A stretch of 64,000 bases of DNA from a virus (IMGVR_UViG_3300011399_000002:55871-119870); one strand, 5' to 3'. Shown: positions 1 through 10,109, counted from the stretch's first letter. Made by a program: numbers and translations. The notes: generated by a model not told the origin, from the sequence alone.

Positions 1-106
1 TGATAGGTGTTCCCCCTGAGTGGTATCCTGACCCGGTAGAAGCACAGAATTTCTGGCACAGGTTAGATAACCTTGTAGGAGTTGGCCTAGAGGAAGGACC
101 AGTGAA

Positions 107-346
107 TTGAAGATAAAATTTTGGGAGGAAAAACTCCCCAAGTTTTGTTATGTTCATGGCTGTGAGTTAATCATGAAAGAGGTTAAGTGGAGAAATCCAC
201 GCTTTGATAAAAATACAGGTCAGGGCTACGAAGAACGAGCAAACGTCCTATATTGTCCCATCTTAAAGAAGCATAACGAATACTATGACGAGGATATTCT
301 AGTAGGGAAGCCTTGGAAGGTCCCGGTAAAGGCGAATTGTGAATGA
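107..346 (+). CDS. hypothetical protein
   Basis: 79-aa ORF with CxxC..H spacing; no recognisable family. Confidence 0.35.
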   Translation: MKIKFWEEKLPKFCYVHGCELIMKEVKWRNPRFDKNTGQGYEERANVLYCPILKKHNEYYDEDILVGKPWKVPVKANCE

Positions 347-543
347 GAACACCTATAGCACACACAGAAACATACCCTGATGCTGCCACGTTAAAGGTAG
401 GACTGTCAGAGAAGTATCCAGATAAGGTATTTCAGGTACGTAAGCGCAAGAATGGTTTTACCATAGTTGAGCGTACATTTCCGGCAAACAAGCCAGAAGT
501 TACTGAACGTCGAAGGAGCAAAAAGCGTGGCATATCTTTCTAA
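343..543 (+). CDS. hypothetical basic protein
   Basis: 66-aa ORF, ATGA-type overlap with upstream ORF, Lys/Arg-rich C-terminus. Confidence 0.3.
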   Translation: MRTPIAHTETYPDAATLKVGLSEKYPDKVFQVRKRKNGFTIVERTFPANKPEVTERRRSKKRGISF

Positions 544-823
544 CACTACTTATAACCGTATTGCAAAGACCCCTGAGCGCGCTAAGTTAATTCTTATCAA
601 TAGCAAAGGTGAATCTTCCACCGCAGGGGCTTTGATTAAACTGACCAAGACCAAGGGCAAGATTCATACTCGTTGGGAAACACTAGAGTCCAAGAACATT
701 CATCCCTTCACTCATGTTGCTCTGGTCATTAACAATGTGAGCCAAGTTATCTCTGGCATCAAGCCGATCCAGAACGCTGAGTTTGGCTTCATTGATATTG
801 ATTACGAAGGTGACAATGAGTAG
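467..823 (+). CDS. hypothetical protein
   Basis: 118-aa ORF; 5-prime end overlaps previous ORF so true start uncertain. Confidence 0.3.
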   Translation: MSVHFRQTSQKLLNVEGAKSVAYLSNTTYNRIAKTPERAKLILINSKGESSTAGALIKLTKTKGKIHTRWETLESKNIHPFTHVALVINNVSQVISGIKPIQNAEFGFIDIDYEGDNE

Positions 824-1040
824 TAAATGGGGAGAAGAGCAGTACGAATTAGTACAGCTTGACTGGAAAGAAATACTCTGGCACGTTAACTTTTTAAAGG
901 ACTCTGCCATTAGATTTGAACCTAACAACACCGATGTTAGGACCTATGATGCATTATTAAAACAGGCATTAACAATAGTCAGTGTAATTATTCACGGCAA
1001 GGTTGATGCGGAGGTTTTACAATCGATTAGAAAGGCGTGA
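783..1040 (+). CDS. hypothetical protein
   Basis: 85-aa ORF in compact plus-strand run. Confidence 0.3.
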   Translation: MASLILITKVTMSSKWGEEQYELVQLDWKEILWHVNFLKDSAIRFEPNNTDVRTYDALLKQALTIVSVIIHGKVDAEVLQSIRKA

Positions 1041-1851
1041 TTATTTGATTAAGCATATCTCCTATAGTTATCTCCATCTTCTAGCCTGTCCCTTTGCTGC
1101 GTTCCTACGGTACGAAGCAGGGATCAAGGCTCCGATGAATGAGTACCTAGCACTAGGAAATGCTCTTCACAAGGCGTTAGAGGATGGACATAAGGCCGCT
1201 TCATTTGAGGGGTCTTATGTCCATTCTGTCTTTACGAAAGAGTTTAACAGGATCATCACAGATGACGAGGTATTTGTAGGCTACCCACAGAAAAAGAAAC
1301 TAGAGGCAGCGGGAGCAGCCATGCTTGCTCTCTATACTGGACAGATTAAATCAGGCTCTATCTCCTCTACTCCATACAAGATAGAGGAAGGGTTTAAGAT
1401 ACCCTATAAGAACATTGTAATTGTTGGCCGCATAGATAAGGTAGAGTTTGATCAGGCAAGAGGCTACGATATCATTGACTATAAGTCAGGTAGCAGAGAA
1501 CCTGATCCTTGGTTTCTACGTCACAACCTACAGTTAACAGCGTATGCATGGGCCTGTCAGGAATTATATGGGGAGTTACCCCGCAAGGTTATCTGGCATC
1601 ACCTACGAAATGGTAAGAGACTAGAGACAGACAGAACCCAACAAGATATCGATCAACTAAAGAAGATGATCGATGCTGCTCTAAAGATGGAGCAACATAA
1701 GATACGCTACCGTGTCTTCCATGAAAAGATATGCGAATGGTGTGACTATGCTGGCGAAGGTAAAGAATGCGAAGACTATGACATTGAAGAGAGAATACTA
1801 AATGCTAAGAAGCCAAGAGCAGTGGGAGTTGATTCCGATAGAAAGGATTGA
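1003..1851 (+). CDS. PD-(D/E)XK nuclease, Cas4/RecB-like exonuclease
   Basis: DIIDYKSG core with upstream acidic residue, QxxxY, and C-terminal CEWCDYAGEGKEC cysteine cluster typical of Cas4/AddB-type nucleases. Confidence 0.5.
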   Translation: MMRRFYNRLERRDYLIKHISYSYLHLLACPFAAFLRYEAGIKAPMNEYLALGNALHKALEDGHKAASFEGSYVHSVFTKEFNRIITDDEVFVGYPQKKKLEAAGAAMLALYTGQIKSGSISSTPYKIEEGFKIPYKNIVIVGRIDKVEFDQARGYDIIDYKSGSREPDPWFLRHNLQLTAYAWACQELYGELPRKVIWHHLRNGKRLETDRTQQDIDQLKKMIDAALKMEQHKIRYRVFHEKICEWCDYAGEGKECEDYDIEERILNAKKPRAVGVDSDRKD

Positions 1852-2314
1852 ACCCTACTATAAGATAGCCCTAAAGGCGGCTAAGGAATCACCTTGTACA
1901 CGTAGAAAGTATGGCGCGGTGATTGGATATGACTCTGATCCTATCATGGTTACTGGTACTAATGCTAGAGTTAGTGGGTGCTGCGATGGTTACTGTGTTC
2001 GTGATCGTGCTGGCGTCGTTAATGGTTCGCGTACTGAATTGGGCGCAGAAGTACACGCAGAACAAGCAGCCCTAATCAATGCCCCTAAGAGGGGAGAAGT
2101 ATTTGTACTTGCTGGATGGCAGGTACAGAATGGCTTTGAGTTAACAGAGTTGAAAGGCACGGCTGTATATCCTTGTCTTGTATGTGCCCGCATGATTAAG
2201 TATGCAGGATATAGATGGGTACACATGAAGAATTTTGCAGGTAATCTAGATGTTTTTCACATTGATGATATCATTACAGCAAGGGAAATGGAGTTAGGTC
2301 CCCACTATGAATAA
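1802..2314 (+). CDS. deoxycytidylate (dCMP) deaminase
   Basis: CDA-fold zinc motifs HAEQAAL ... PCLVCARMI, N-terminal CTRRKYGAVIG as in dCMP deaminases. Confidence 0.7.
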   Translation: MLRSQEQWELIPIERIEPYYKIALKAAKESPCTRRKYGAVIGYDSDPIMVTGTNARVSGCCDGYCVRDRAGVVNGSRTELGAEVHAEQAALINAPKRGEVFVLAGWQVQNGFELTELKGTAVYPCLVCARMIKYAGYRWVHMKNFAGNLDVFHIDDIITAREMELGPHYE

Positions 2315-2522
2315 CTTTGCAGACATTATCCCTGACCTTGGGATACAGTTAGGTATCTCTGACATTACCTATTTAGATGTAGCAATCAATCAATCGAGGT
2401 ACTATGGCTACGAAGAAACAGCGGAGTGGTTCGAATACTGGAAGGAAAGGTTTGCACGATCCATCAGGGAGGAGTGGTATGTCGTGGGCGATCCCGAAGC
2501 TACCTTCGATCCCAACGGGTAA
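2307..2522 (+). CDS. hypothetical protein
   Basis: 71-aa ORF, ATGA overlap with deaminase stop. Confidence 0.3.
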   Translation: MNNFADIIPDLGIQLGISDITYLDVAINQSRYYGYEETAEWFEYWKERFARSIREEWYVVGDPEATFDPNG

Positions 2523-3042
2523 TCGAATTGCTTTCTTTGGTCCAATGGCATCAGGTAAAACTTACTGCGCTGACTATCTTGAATCCCAGTATGGGTACCA
2601 CAAGTTTACACTAGCAAGTAAGTTAAAGTCTATATGCTACGAGTTATATGGGATTCAAAGCAAGGACGGCGATGGCAGGAGAATGTACCAAGAAGTAGGT
2701 GATGCGTTAAGATCATTTGATAACGACGTATTCACCAAGTACACTCTGTCCTCTATCAATCAACGTTACTCTACTGAGAAGGTTGTTATTGATGACCTAA
2801 GATTACCAGCAGAGGCTACTTTGCTCAAAGAAGCAGGGTTTATTCTGGTGGGTATAAATACACCGTTTGATGTACGGCAGGAGAGGATCGACCGGCTCTA
2901 TCCAAGCGTCCCACAAGGCCGACAGAGCCACGCTACGGAGGTTTCTTGGGAAGCGATACCGATGGACACCTCCGTCAATTCCTCTGGCCCAGCGGACCTC
3001 ACAGATTTAGATGATTTAATGGCGTTCTATGACACAGATTAA
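2479..3042 (+). CDS. P-loop kinase (dNMP kinase / polynucleotide kinase-like)
   Basis: Walker A FFGPMASGKTY; start placed at ATG 2479 after GGGAGGAG RBS; T4 gp1-like small kinase size. Confidence 0.55.
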   Translation: MSWAIPKLPSIPTGNRIAFFGPMASGKTYCADYLESQYGYHKFTLASKLKSICYELYGIQSKDGDGRRMYQEVGDALRSFDNDVFTKYTLSSINQRYSTEKVVIDDLRLPAEATLLKEAGFILVGINTPFDVRQERIDRLYPSVPQGRQSHATEVSWEAIPMDTSVNSSGPADLTDLDDLMAFYDTD

Positions 3043-3586
3043 GATTGTTTTAGTAGGCAGCAATTCCATTGCTCGTCAGCGTGTTGCACGCTACCTAATG
3101 TACGAGGGCTTCACTCGTATGCATATGCTAGAGGGAGCCAAGCGAGCATTCAAATTGTTCTATGGCCCATCGTTTAGAACTAACACAGTTGCACCACAGA
3201 AGAAGGTGGACCTCTATGATGCTGTGTACAAGGTACTACCCGATGCATTTTTAGAGTACCTAAATTACCGTGTAATAAGAAGCGGGAAGAATATTGTAGT
3301 ACCAGATGCACGGTACGTTGATGAGGTTACATACCTTCATGATGAGTTAGGTTTTTGTATCGTAAGAGTCACTAGTGACTACAAGATGGTACGTCCGGGT
3401 AATGCTGTACGTGATGCGGGACCGGGAACAACTGTTCTTTATGAATCCTTTCTTCCATCCTTTAATGCTGCTAGTTACATGTACACACCTTACTACAGTG
3501 TCCATTGGTACGGAGACAAGGAAAAGGACAGGACAAGGGCCGCAGTAAAGCAAATGATAGACACCTTGAACCTCGGCTGGAAGTAG
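3029..3586 (+). CDS. hypothetical protein
   Basis: 185-aa ORF, ATGA overlap with kinase; no clear motif. Confidence 0.4.
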   Translation: MTQIKIVLVGSNSIARQRVARYLMYEGFTRMHMLEGAKRAFKLFYGPSFRTNTVAPQKKVDLYDAVYKVLPDAFLEYLNYRVIRSGKNIVVPDARYVDEVTYLHDELGFCIVRVTSDYKMVRPGNAVRDAGPGTTVLYESFLPSFNAASYMYTPYYSVHWYGDKEKDRTRAAVKQMIDTLNLGWK

Positions 3587-3598
3587 CGTACAATATTT

Positions 3599-4096
3599 GT
3601 GAACCCCATTCATTGGAGGTTCATCATGAGTAAAAGAAGTGCACACCTAACAAGGTTAACGATAGAAGGGATCAGCAGCTTCTCAGCATATAAAGGCGGG
3701 AGGCTTAACTATATCAGGGACTATGATCCTGACCCGACAATCAACGTTGACCTAACAGCAAAGATGGACGTAGAGCGGGCCATAAAAATCCTCTATGAAA
3801 GAGGGGAGTTAACCAAACAAGAAGTACAGATGCTTTTCTATGTAATGCTAGATGGTCGTCTATCAAGGCGGGATATAAGCAAAATGATCCAAGACCATGA
3901 AGGCTACTACGTAGACCAAAGAACCATCAGTAGAAGACTTGACTCAGCATACGGCAAGATATCAAAGTTTCTTGGCTATGAATACTCTGATGGCAGGGTC
4001 TTTAAGATGGTAGCAAAAGCATGGGGCAGACCTCATCCCTATATACTATCTGATGAGGAGATTGATAAGGTACAGACAGTTATGGAGCGTGTGTAA
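3599..4096 (+). CDS. putative HTH / sigma-region-4-like regulatory protein
   Basis: C-terminal RTISRRLDSAYGKISKFLGY resembles sigma region 4 HTH; weak. Confidence 0.35.
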   Translation: MNPIHWRFIMSKRSAHLTRLTIEGISSFSAYKGGRLNYIRDYDPDPTINVDLTAKMDVERAIKILYERGELTKQEVQMLFYVMLDGRLSRRDISKMIQDHEGYYVDQRTISRRLDSAYGKISKFLGYEYSDGRVFKMVAKAWGRPHPYILSDEEIDKVQTVMERV

Positions 4097-4290
4097 TGCC
4101 TAGGGGACGGCCTAGAAAGTATCCTGTTGTAGAAGAGGAACAACCAAAGACAATTCAATGGCTCATAGCAGAGGTAGCGCACGAATACTGTGGCATACCC
4201 GGATGCACAACTAAGTTACACTTACAGGAAGCATCACAGATAATGGACACCCTAAAGGATAATGGGTTTCAGATAAAGGAGAATGGTTAA
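4096..4290 (+). CDS. hypothetical protein
   Basis: 64-aa ORF, TAATG overlap. Confidence 0.3.
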   Translation: MPRGRPRKYPVVEEEQPKTIQWLIAEVAHEYCGIPGCTTKLHLQEASQIMDTLKDNGFQIKENG

Positions 4291-4516
4291 TTTGGCACGC
4301 TGCGTAGTATGCGAGCGAGTTACTAGTGGTTCGCTAGAGTTTTGTAGAAAGCACTATAACGATTTCAAGGACGACATTGCTGATAAGAAGCCTTGGGTCC
4401 GTGTATTAAAGAATGAATCCCAAAGAGAGCGAAGACGAAACAATAAAGAGTACGATAACACATCATTAGATGCAATCATTGACGGAGAATATATGTCTTA
4501 CCGGGATCGCTATTAA
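4283..4516 (+). CDS. hypothetical zinc-ribbon protein
   Basis: CVVC...FCRKH motif, 77 aa. Confidence 0.3.
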   Translation: MVNLARCVVCERVTSGSLEFCRKHYNDFKDDIADKKPWVRVLKNESQRERRRNNKEYDNTSLDAIIDGEYMSYRDRY

Positions 4517-4533
4517 GAAGGGGAGATATTTAG

Positions 4534-5571
4534 TTGGAAGATTTCATACGTTGGAGCCAGTATCCAGAGATACTTAACCGACTACTAGAGTTAGATGCCT
4601 CGCGGTATACGCAAGGTGAAATGTCAAGCATTATTAGAAGTGAATATCCTGAGGAAGTCAAGAGACTACCAAGCAGGGACCAGATAAAGAATGCCCTAGC
4701 CTATGCACGGGGACGAGCAGAATACATTGGCAATCGCCCTCGCGCACAGATCATGCCTTACTATGACAAGTATAGATTAGAAATCGAGGGAGTGAATGTA
4801 GTTGAGAAGGATTATGCCCTTTTACAATCGATTCTTGAAAAGCCAAAGCGCAAGGTACTCGTACTATCAGACCTACACGTACCATTCACAAATGAATCGA
4901 AACTACAGAAGGCCATAGACCTTAACCGCTCCGCTGATATTGTTGTTATCGGTGGAGACTTTTTAGATATGTATGGGTGTTCAAGGCACCGAAAGAGGAC
5001 CAATGTTCCACATGAAATTGAAGTTGATAACGGCATTCGCGTACTTGAATATCTCTCAGATGTGTTTCCTTGGGTGCGCATCATACGAGGCAATCATGAT
5101 GCTCGCGCGATGAAGAAGGTACAAGATGTTGTACCCGCTGAGTTGCTATACCTATTTGATAACGAACCCCTAGACCTAATGGTCAAGCCATTCTCCAACG
5201 TGGAGTATCTTGGTAACTGGTGGACACAACTAGGTGATACAATCGTAGCACATGCAGAAAGAAGTAGCACAATAGAAGGTAGACCGGCAGTATTACTTGG
5301 TAATTATTTTGAAGAGAAGGGCTGGGCCAAGAGATTAAAGCTACCTGAGATACGTGTCTATGTACAGGCTCATACGCACCAAGTATCCGCTGTCTATAGA
5401 GAAGACAAAAAATACTTTGAGTGCGGAGCATTAGTAGACGACCAATCCACTGCCGCAGAATATGTGACAGACTCTACCGCTTTCATGCGACCACCCCTTC
5501 ATGGTTGCGTGTCCTTGACACAGGTTAATGGTAGGACGGACTTCAACCAGAGCAGGGAGTATATCTTATAG
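4534..5571 (+). CDS. calcineurin-like metallophosphoesterase
   Basis: DLHVP, GGDFLD, GNHD, AHTH motif series of the metallophosphatase fold. Confidence 0.65.
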   Translation: MEDFIRWSQYPEILNRLLELDASRYTQGEMSSIIRSEYPEEVKRLPSRDQIKNALAYARGRAEYIGNRPRAQIMPYYDKYRLEIEGVNVVEKDYALLQSILEKPKRKVLVLSDLHVPFTNESKLQKAIDLNRSADIVVIGGDFLDMYGCSRHRKRTNVPHEIEVDNGIRVLEYLSDVFPWVRIIRGNHDARAMKKVQDVVPAELLYLFDNEPLDLMVKPFSNVEYLGNWWTQLGDTIVAHAERSSTIEGRPAVLLGNYFEEKGWAKRLKLPEIRVYVQAHTHQVSAVYREDKKYFECGALVDDQSTAAEYVTDSTAFMRPPLHGCVSLTQVNGRTDFNQSREYIL

Positions 5572-5927
5572 TGGAGACATTCTTATTACTCATCGTGCTT
5601 GTGGGTGTAGTAATCCTATGGGCCTATGACAAGTACAAGTTAAGACAATACACCGACGAGTACAACCATTTCAGTGAAGTGTTTGAGCTGGTCATGGACG
5701 GACAGGAAGATGTGGTCAGGGTAGTGAACGTAAATGCGTCCTCCCTACGCAGCCTACAGGCCACCGTAGACAGGCAGGACAAGAACGTTGCGATCCTGAG
5801 TACCCTCGTAGAGTTACATGCTGAGACACTAAAGGTAGGGGCAGACTTACGAAGTAAGTTAGAGTCAACAGCAATTCTTGATCTGCCTGTAGAGGAATTA
5901 GTTGATGAAGATGTTAACGAAGATTGA
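5571..5927 (+). CDS. hypothetical membrane-anchored protein
   Basis: N-terminal hydrophobic segment FLLLIVLVGVVILWAY; ATGG overlap. Confidence 0.35.
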   Translation: METFLLLIVLVGVVILWAYDKYKLRQYTDEYNHFSEVFELVMDGQEDVVRVVNVNASSLRSLQATVDRQDKNVAILSTLVELHAETLKVGADLRSKLESTAILDLPVEELVDEDVNED

Positions 5928-6132
5928 AGACGAGAAGATACTTAAATTAGCACTACGATTAGGACAAAAAATAGCGCCTCTAGATGCAAACCTAGAGGCG
6001 CAGGTAATAGAGATCGTTGAGGTGCTTAGAGAAGCATTCGACATAGGCTACTGGTCAGGGTTTAATGAAGGTGATCGTGACGGATATGATCGTGGCTATA
6101 ATGATGGACACGAAGACGGGTCTAGACAGTAG
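5902..6132 (+). CDS. hypothetical protein
   Basis: 76-aa ORF ending immediately before terminator. Confidence 0.3.
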   Translation: MMKMLTKIEDEKILKLALRLGQKIAPLDANLEAQVIEIVEVLREAFDIGYWSGFNEGDRDGYDRGYNDGHEDGSRQ

Positions 6133-6135
6133 GAA

Positions 6136-6170
6136 GGGGAGCAATCAAACGATTGCTCCCCTCTTTTTTA
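6136..6170. terminator. bidirectional rho-independent terminator
   Basis: GGGGAGCAATC-aaac-GATTGCTCCCC stem followed by TCTTTTTTATTT; sits between convergent plus and minus gene blocks. Confidence 0.6.
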
Positions 6171-6171
6171 T

Positions 6172-6795
6172 TTACCCTGAGATTGCTAACGGGATTCCTG
6201 TTTCCCGTGAGGCAATTGCTACCTCAATAGTTTCATCGAAGAATGGCTCTAGGACTTCATAAGCCATCTTTGCTACGTCTTTATATGTTTCTAGTACATA
6301 GACAGGGACTTGGATTTCCTCACCATCAATCATCTTAGACTCGTACTTACGAGTACCATTCTCATTGACTGCTCGTAGGTCATTCCAAGCGATAATCACT
6401 TGGCCTATCCCCTCGCCCATGCGATCACCGGCAGGTCCCCGTAGCCAAGGACTATCAGGAGCCTCATCTTCAAGGTCAAACCTATTAAGTTGTGACTCTA
6501 GAGAATTGTAATCATCATAAGAGGTTCTATCGGCTACGTCACCATAGCCCGCATTATATAGGAAGTTGGTAATCAAACCATTGTTAGCGGCTACACCTAG
6601 ATTGAATGCAGTTTGTGCTAGGATACAACCAGCCTTTGGTTGAAACTTATCCTCGATGTAGACGTTCTCCCCGAACCAAGTTTCACGAAGATGCTCAAAA
6701 CCATTCTTCTCTAGAGCAGCATAGACCTCACGTAGGGTGATGGTCTTAGTCTCTAGTTTGATATCGTTCTCGGGATCAATAATAATCGAAGGCAT
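6172..6795 (-). CDS. hypothetical protein, paralog family A
   Basis: Shares REVYxALxxNGFxHLR...GCILAQxAxNL block with ORFs 7131-7727 and 26733-27083. Confidence 0.5.
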   Translation of the reverse strand: MPSIIIDPENDIKLETKTITLREVYAALEKNGFEHLRETWFGENVYIEDKFQPKAGCILAQTAFNLGVAANNGLITNFLYNAGYGDVADRTSYDDYNSLESQLNRFDLEDEAPDSPWLRGPAGDRMGEGIGQVIIAWNDLRAVNENGTRKYESKMIDGEEIQVPVYVLETYKDVAKMAYEVLEPFFDETIEVAIASRETGIPLAISG

Positions 6796-6873
6796 TTACT
6801 TATCTCCTTTAAATATTATAAGATACATTATCCACATGATCAAACCTAATATCAATATCTCCATACGATCATC

Positions 6874-7134
6874 CTAAAATTTTGGGGGAGGAATTTCTCC
6901 AACTTTTTCCAAAGACATTGCTGCATCTATTAGGGCAGCATACCAAACAACGCGGGTAGGAAATAGCCCACGTTCATACTTGCTAACAGTAGATAGAGAA
7001 ACACCAGCCATGTTAGCGAATTCTTGCTGGCTCATCCCATTTAAAAGGCGCGTACTCTTTAGTACGCTCATTGTATAGTTAAGGCTCTCTAATCCTGCGG
7101 CTTGGTGGTAGTTGGTTAGATCAAGTTTCCTCAA
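6874..7134 (-). CDS. XRE-family helix-turn-helix transcriptional regulator
   Basis: LLNGMSQQEFANMAGVSLSTVSKYERG HTH. Confidence 0.6.
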   Translation of the reverse strand: MRKLDLTNYHQAAGLESLNYTMSVLKSTRLLNGMSQQEFANMAGVSLSTVSKYERGLFPTRVVWYAALIDAAMSLEKVGEIPPPKF

Positions 7135-7727
7135 AAAGCACCAACCTCTGCTAGTTGCTCATCAATCTTCATGGAATCATACTCAGCAGATATGACGTAG
7201 ATTACCTTCTTAAAATGGGGCTTCAAAACATCATAGGCCATATCTAGTACGTCTTTGTAAGTAGGAAGGGCATAGTTTCCATTTTCATCCCCCTTATCAT
7301 TCCAATGAATGATAGTTTGAGCGCAGTTTCCAAACGTATGCCATTTACTGTCGGGAGGAACACCAAAGCGATTTAGCTGGTGGGATAGAGTATACTCATT
7401 AAGTCTTTCTATAAGCACATCGGAGTTATTGCTGGTACGGTAGATATGGGTGAGGACAGGGACTTCTTTGGCCTCAGTCTCTATATCCCACTCTGGTAGG
7501 AGATTGAGGTTGAGTGCTGCTTGCCCCAAAATACAAGCACCTACAATCTTACCCTTGGCTTTGCTACTATAATCCTGTAATAGCCACTCGCCCCGAAGGT
7601 GGGTGAAGCCATTCTCTTTAAGGGCTTCATAAACCTCCCTAACTGTTAGTTTGGTTAGGGAAGCCTCGTATACGTATACACCTTTACCATCGTAGCCGTA
7701 CTTGATCTTCTTAGTAACCGTTTCCAT
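7131..7727 (-). CDS. hypothetical protein, paralog family A
   Basis: Paralog of 6172-6795 (VREVYEALKENGFTHLRGEW...GACILGQAALNL). Confidence 0.5.
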   Translation of the reverse strand: METVTKKIKYGYDGKGVYVYEASLTKLTVREVYEALKENGFTHLRGEWLLQDYSSKAKGKIVGACILGQAALNLNLLPEWDIETEAKEVPVLTHIYRTSNNSDVLIERLNEYTLSHQLNRFGVPPDSKWHTFGNCAQTIIHWNDKGDENGNYALPTYKDVLDMAYDVLKPHFKKVIYVISAEYDSMKIDEQLAEVGAF

Positions 7728-7735
7728 ATCAACTC

Positions 7736-7996
7736 CTATTGTAGTAGACGGACTTTTTTATTATCCGTGACAAACACTTTGAAAAACTTTACCATGCCAT
7801 CTGTAACTTCACCAAAGCAAACAACATGGAATCTCCACGGTGGCATTGGATCAGGTGGCATGACAATTATATGTTCAGGATCATCGTAGATGCTAATATT
7901 GTCTTTACATTTTACACAGGTAACATAAGCCGGTGTAGTGATAAGTTGTATCTGAAACTGGTCATGTTCCCGAGTCATCAAATGTCCTAGTAGCAA
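7736..7996 (-). CDS. hypothetical protein
   Basis: 86-aa ORF, Cys pairs (CVKCKD ... VVCFGE). Confidence 0.3.
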   Translation of the reverse strand: MLLGHLMTREHDQFQIQLITTPAYVTCVKCKDNISIYDDPEHIIVMPPDPMPPWRFHVVCFGEVTDGMVKFFKVFVTDNKKVRLLQ

Positions 7997-8561
7997 GGCG
8001 CGTCTTATACGTTTCTGCGTTCTGGCGCTCTGCCTCTAGATCATTTTTGAGAAGGAGATTTTCTCGGTTTCTTTCCGTTAGTGCCTGTAATAATTGTATC
8101 GCCTCCTCGCCTAGGGGATTAGGTGTAAAGGACATAACCTCCTCTGGATTCATGTTGGCTTCCATAACAGCAGCCCTAGCCTTCTCGATTGCTAGACGCT
8201 GATTTATATACTCTAGTACATGGGGCACTGTCATAGACATTTTACGAGCATCCTGTGAAATCTTAGTTTCTACTAGGCGATCTTCATTACGGGCTGAAAT
8301 ACCAGAGATTGGTGCCATACGTAGTAGTTTTACACCTACTACCGGACTTCTCTGAGCAGATTCATCTTCTCTTATTAATTCAATTTCACCAAGACGCTCC
8401 AAACGATAGAGTGTCTGGTATACTTGTGAATAATTAAGACCCGTTTTACCTATTAGTTGATCAACTGTGATATTTACCTCTCTTTCCCCCGGAGACAGCA
8501 GAATTTCTCGTACCCTATCCTGCATTGCTCCCCGTAGAGAGTCCTTTGTAACCATAACCAT
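7962..8561 (-). CDS. hypothetical DNA-binding protein
   Basis: 199 aa, wHTH-like YQTLYRLERLGEIELI, coiled-coil C-terminus; translationally coupled to AAA+ ATPase. Confidence 0.4.
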   Translation of the reverse strand: MVMVTKDSLRGAMQDRVREILLSPGEREVNITVDQLIGKTGLNYSQVYQTLYRLERLGEIELIREDESAQRSPVVGVKLLRMAPISGISARNEDRLVETKISQDARKMSMTVPHVLEYINQRLAIEKARAAVMEANMNPEEVMSFTPNPLGEEAIQLLQALTERNRENLLLKNDLEAERQNAETYKTRLATRTFDDSGT

Positions 8562-9400
8562 TAGAGTTCCTTCAATTTGACTCTTCCTCTAGGCATTCGA
8601 TCAATCCGCCCTGTCTGTAGGAGATAGGGCTCAATTTCACTCTCAATTGTCTTGGCATCGATACCAGTGACAGATGAGAGATAGTGAATTCCTACTGGAC
8701 GATCAACTGGTAATGCTTCCATGTATTGATAATCACGGGTTGTAAATCCGTTTTTATCCACACCTAACGTATCAAATGCCTCCTGTGCTACTCTCATAGG
8801 CACGGTGGATAAACCACGCACTACTACGAAGTCAAAGACGAAGGCTAGATTGTTTAGTGCTACCCGTGGGTTAAGGCGGGAGCGTATCGCTAATTGGGTG
8901 ACAACGCTAGTATCAATGGCAACACCTTTACGTTGTGCTGCCATAATAATGATTTGTTTGATTTCTCCGATAGTGTAACGCTCTAGATTGATAGCCCTAA
9001 AGCGTGATCGGAATGGAGCAGGTAAAGCACCCGGATTAGTGGTACAAGCAATAATCTTTGCCTTACCTGCATCCATTATGATATTGAGTGAGTCTGCTAC
9101 CTGTGGGTCTAGGTTATGAGCCTCATCAATGATGATGGGCTTGTTAAAGTTAGGGAGGTTCTTGTTTATTGCCGCAGCATCATAAACGAGGGCTTTCTCT
9201 CCTGTTTCATAGCGTAGAATCTTTCCAAGAGAGGATTTACCTGTACCATACACACCACTGATGAGTATGTTTGGTAGCGAACGATTCTCGATGCGGGCAG
9301 CATTTACCATAACTAAGGCGATTTTCTTTGCCTTAGGTTGACCTATGTATTCGGAAAAATTTTGGGGACTGAAAATCTGCAAGTTTCCAGATGGAGACAC
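8561..9400 (-). CDS. RuvB-like AAA+ ATPase
   Basis: Walker A GVYGTGKSSLGK, Walker B IIIDEAH, sensor-1 TTNPGALPAPFRSRF, sensor-2 AIRSRLNPRVALNNL matching RuvB pattern. Confidence 0.6.
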   Translation of the reverse strand: MSPSGNLQIFSPQNFSEYIGQPKAKKIALVMVNAARIENRSLPNILISGVYGTGKSSLGKILRYETGEKALVYDAAAINKNLPNFNKPIIIDEAHNLDPQVADSLNIIMDAGKAKIIACTTNPGALPAPFRSRFRAINLERYTIGEIKQIIIMAAQRKGVAIDTSVVTQLAIRSRLNPRVALNNLAFVFDFVVVRGLSTVPMRVAQEAFDTLGVDKNGFTTRDYQYMEALPVDRPVGIHYLSSVTGIDAKTIESEIEPYLLQTGRIDRMPRGRVKLKEL

Positions 9401-9404
9401 GCAT

Positions 9405-9602
9405 CTACTCCTTTATAATGGAGATAATCGTATCCCCATGCTCCTCTCGTATACAAAGATCACGCACAGAAACATCTTCACCCGTTAGATGTACTTTGTA
9501 GCCACCATCCTTTTTACACTTCCCCATATAAAAGCCTAGTTTGTACCCTACAAAGTTATCTGGAGAAGATACCTTTACAGGGGTATTTTCTTTTATGTTC
9601 AA
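9405..9602 (-). CDS. hypothetical protein
   Basis: 65-aa ORF in tight minus-strand operon. Confidence 0.3.
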   Translation of the reverse strand: MNIKENTPVKVSSPDNFVGYKLGFYMGKCKKDGGYKVHLTGEDVSVRDLCIREEHGDTIISIIKE

Positions 9603-9868
9603 TTGATTGATGGGCTGATAACGTTTACTTCGATATGATGCACAATAGCCATAAATGACTTTATGTCAAAATCGAGTGTAGCCTCTGTAGGATCAACCTT
9701 ATTAACTTCCTTAACGAGCATAATTGCCCGTACATCAGTATCGTTGGTAAATATGCTAGACTCGATAACATTGATACCCGTAGGATCAACACTATCGGCT
9801 AGAGGATTTTTAGTCTTAGCAAGAAACTTTTGAAGGTCGGTTCCGTAAATTACGGCAGCGGATTCCAC
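9599..9868 (-). CDS. hypothetical protein
   Basis: 89-aa ORF, ATGA overlap. Confidence 0.3.
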   Translation of the reverse strand: MESAAVIYGTDLQKFLAKTKNPLADSVDPTGINVIESSIFTNDTDVRAIMLVKEVNKVDPTEATLDFDIKSFMAIVHHIEVNVISPSIN

Positions 9869-9917
9869 AGTTTAGTCTCCTTCGATGGAATGATGATAAC
9901 AGATTCGGGCGCAAAAG

Positions 9918-10109
9918 TCAACCGGAGATATTAACCTCTATAAGACGAAGTATATCCTCCTCTTCGGTACACTGGAATAGATCAACGTAGACCATTGTCT
10001 TTGCTAGAGCGATAACGTCCTCGACTCTCACATTGTTGAAAGCAGGATCGTCCTCGTTGATTTCATAGCGGAATTCTGGCGAGTTAAATTTCGCCGTAAT
10101 TGTCTTCAT
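9918..10109 (-). CDS. hypothetical protein
   Basis: 63-aa acidic ORF. Confidence 0.3.
   Translation of the reverse strand: MKTITAKFNSPEFRYEINEDDPAFNNVRVEDVIALAKTMVYVDLFQCTEEEDILRLIEVNISG

Noticed and set aside
183-5431. Minus-strand ORFs 183-389, 683-931, 1990-2226, 3347-3646, 4812-5093, 5183-5431
   Set aside because: All lie antisense inside longer plus-strand genes with recognisable domains or operon context; considered frame shadows.
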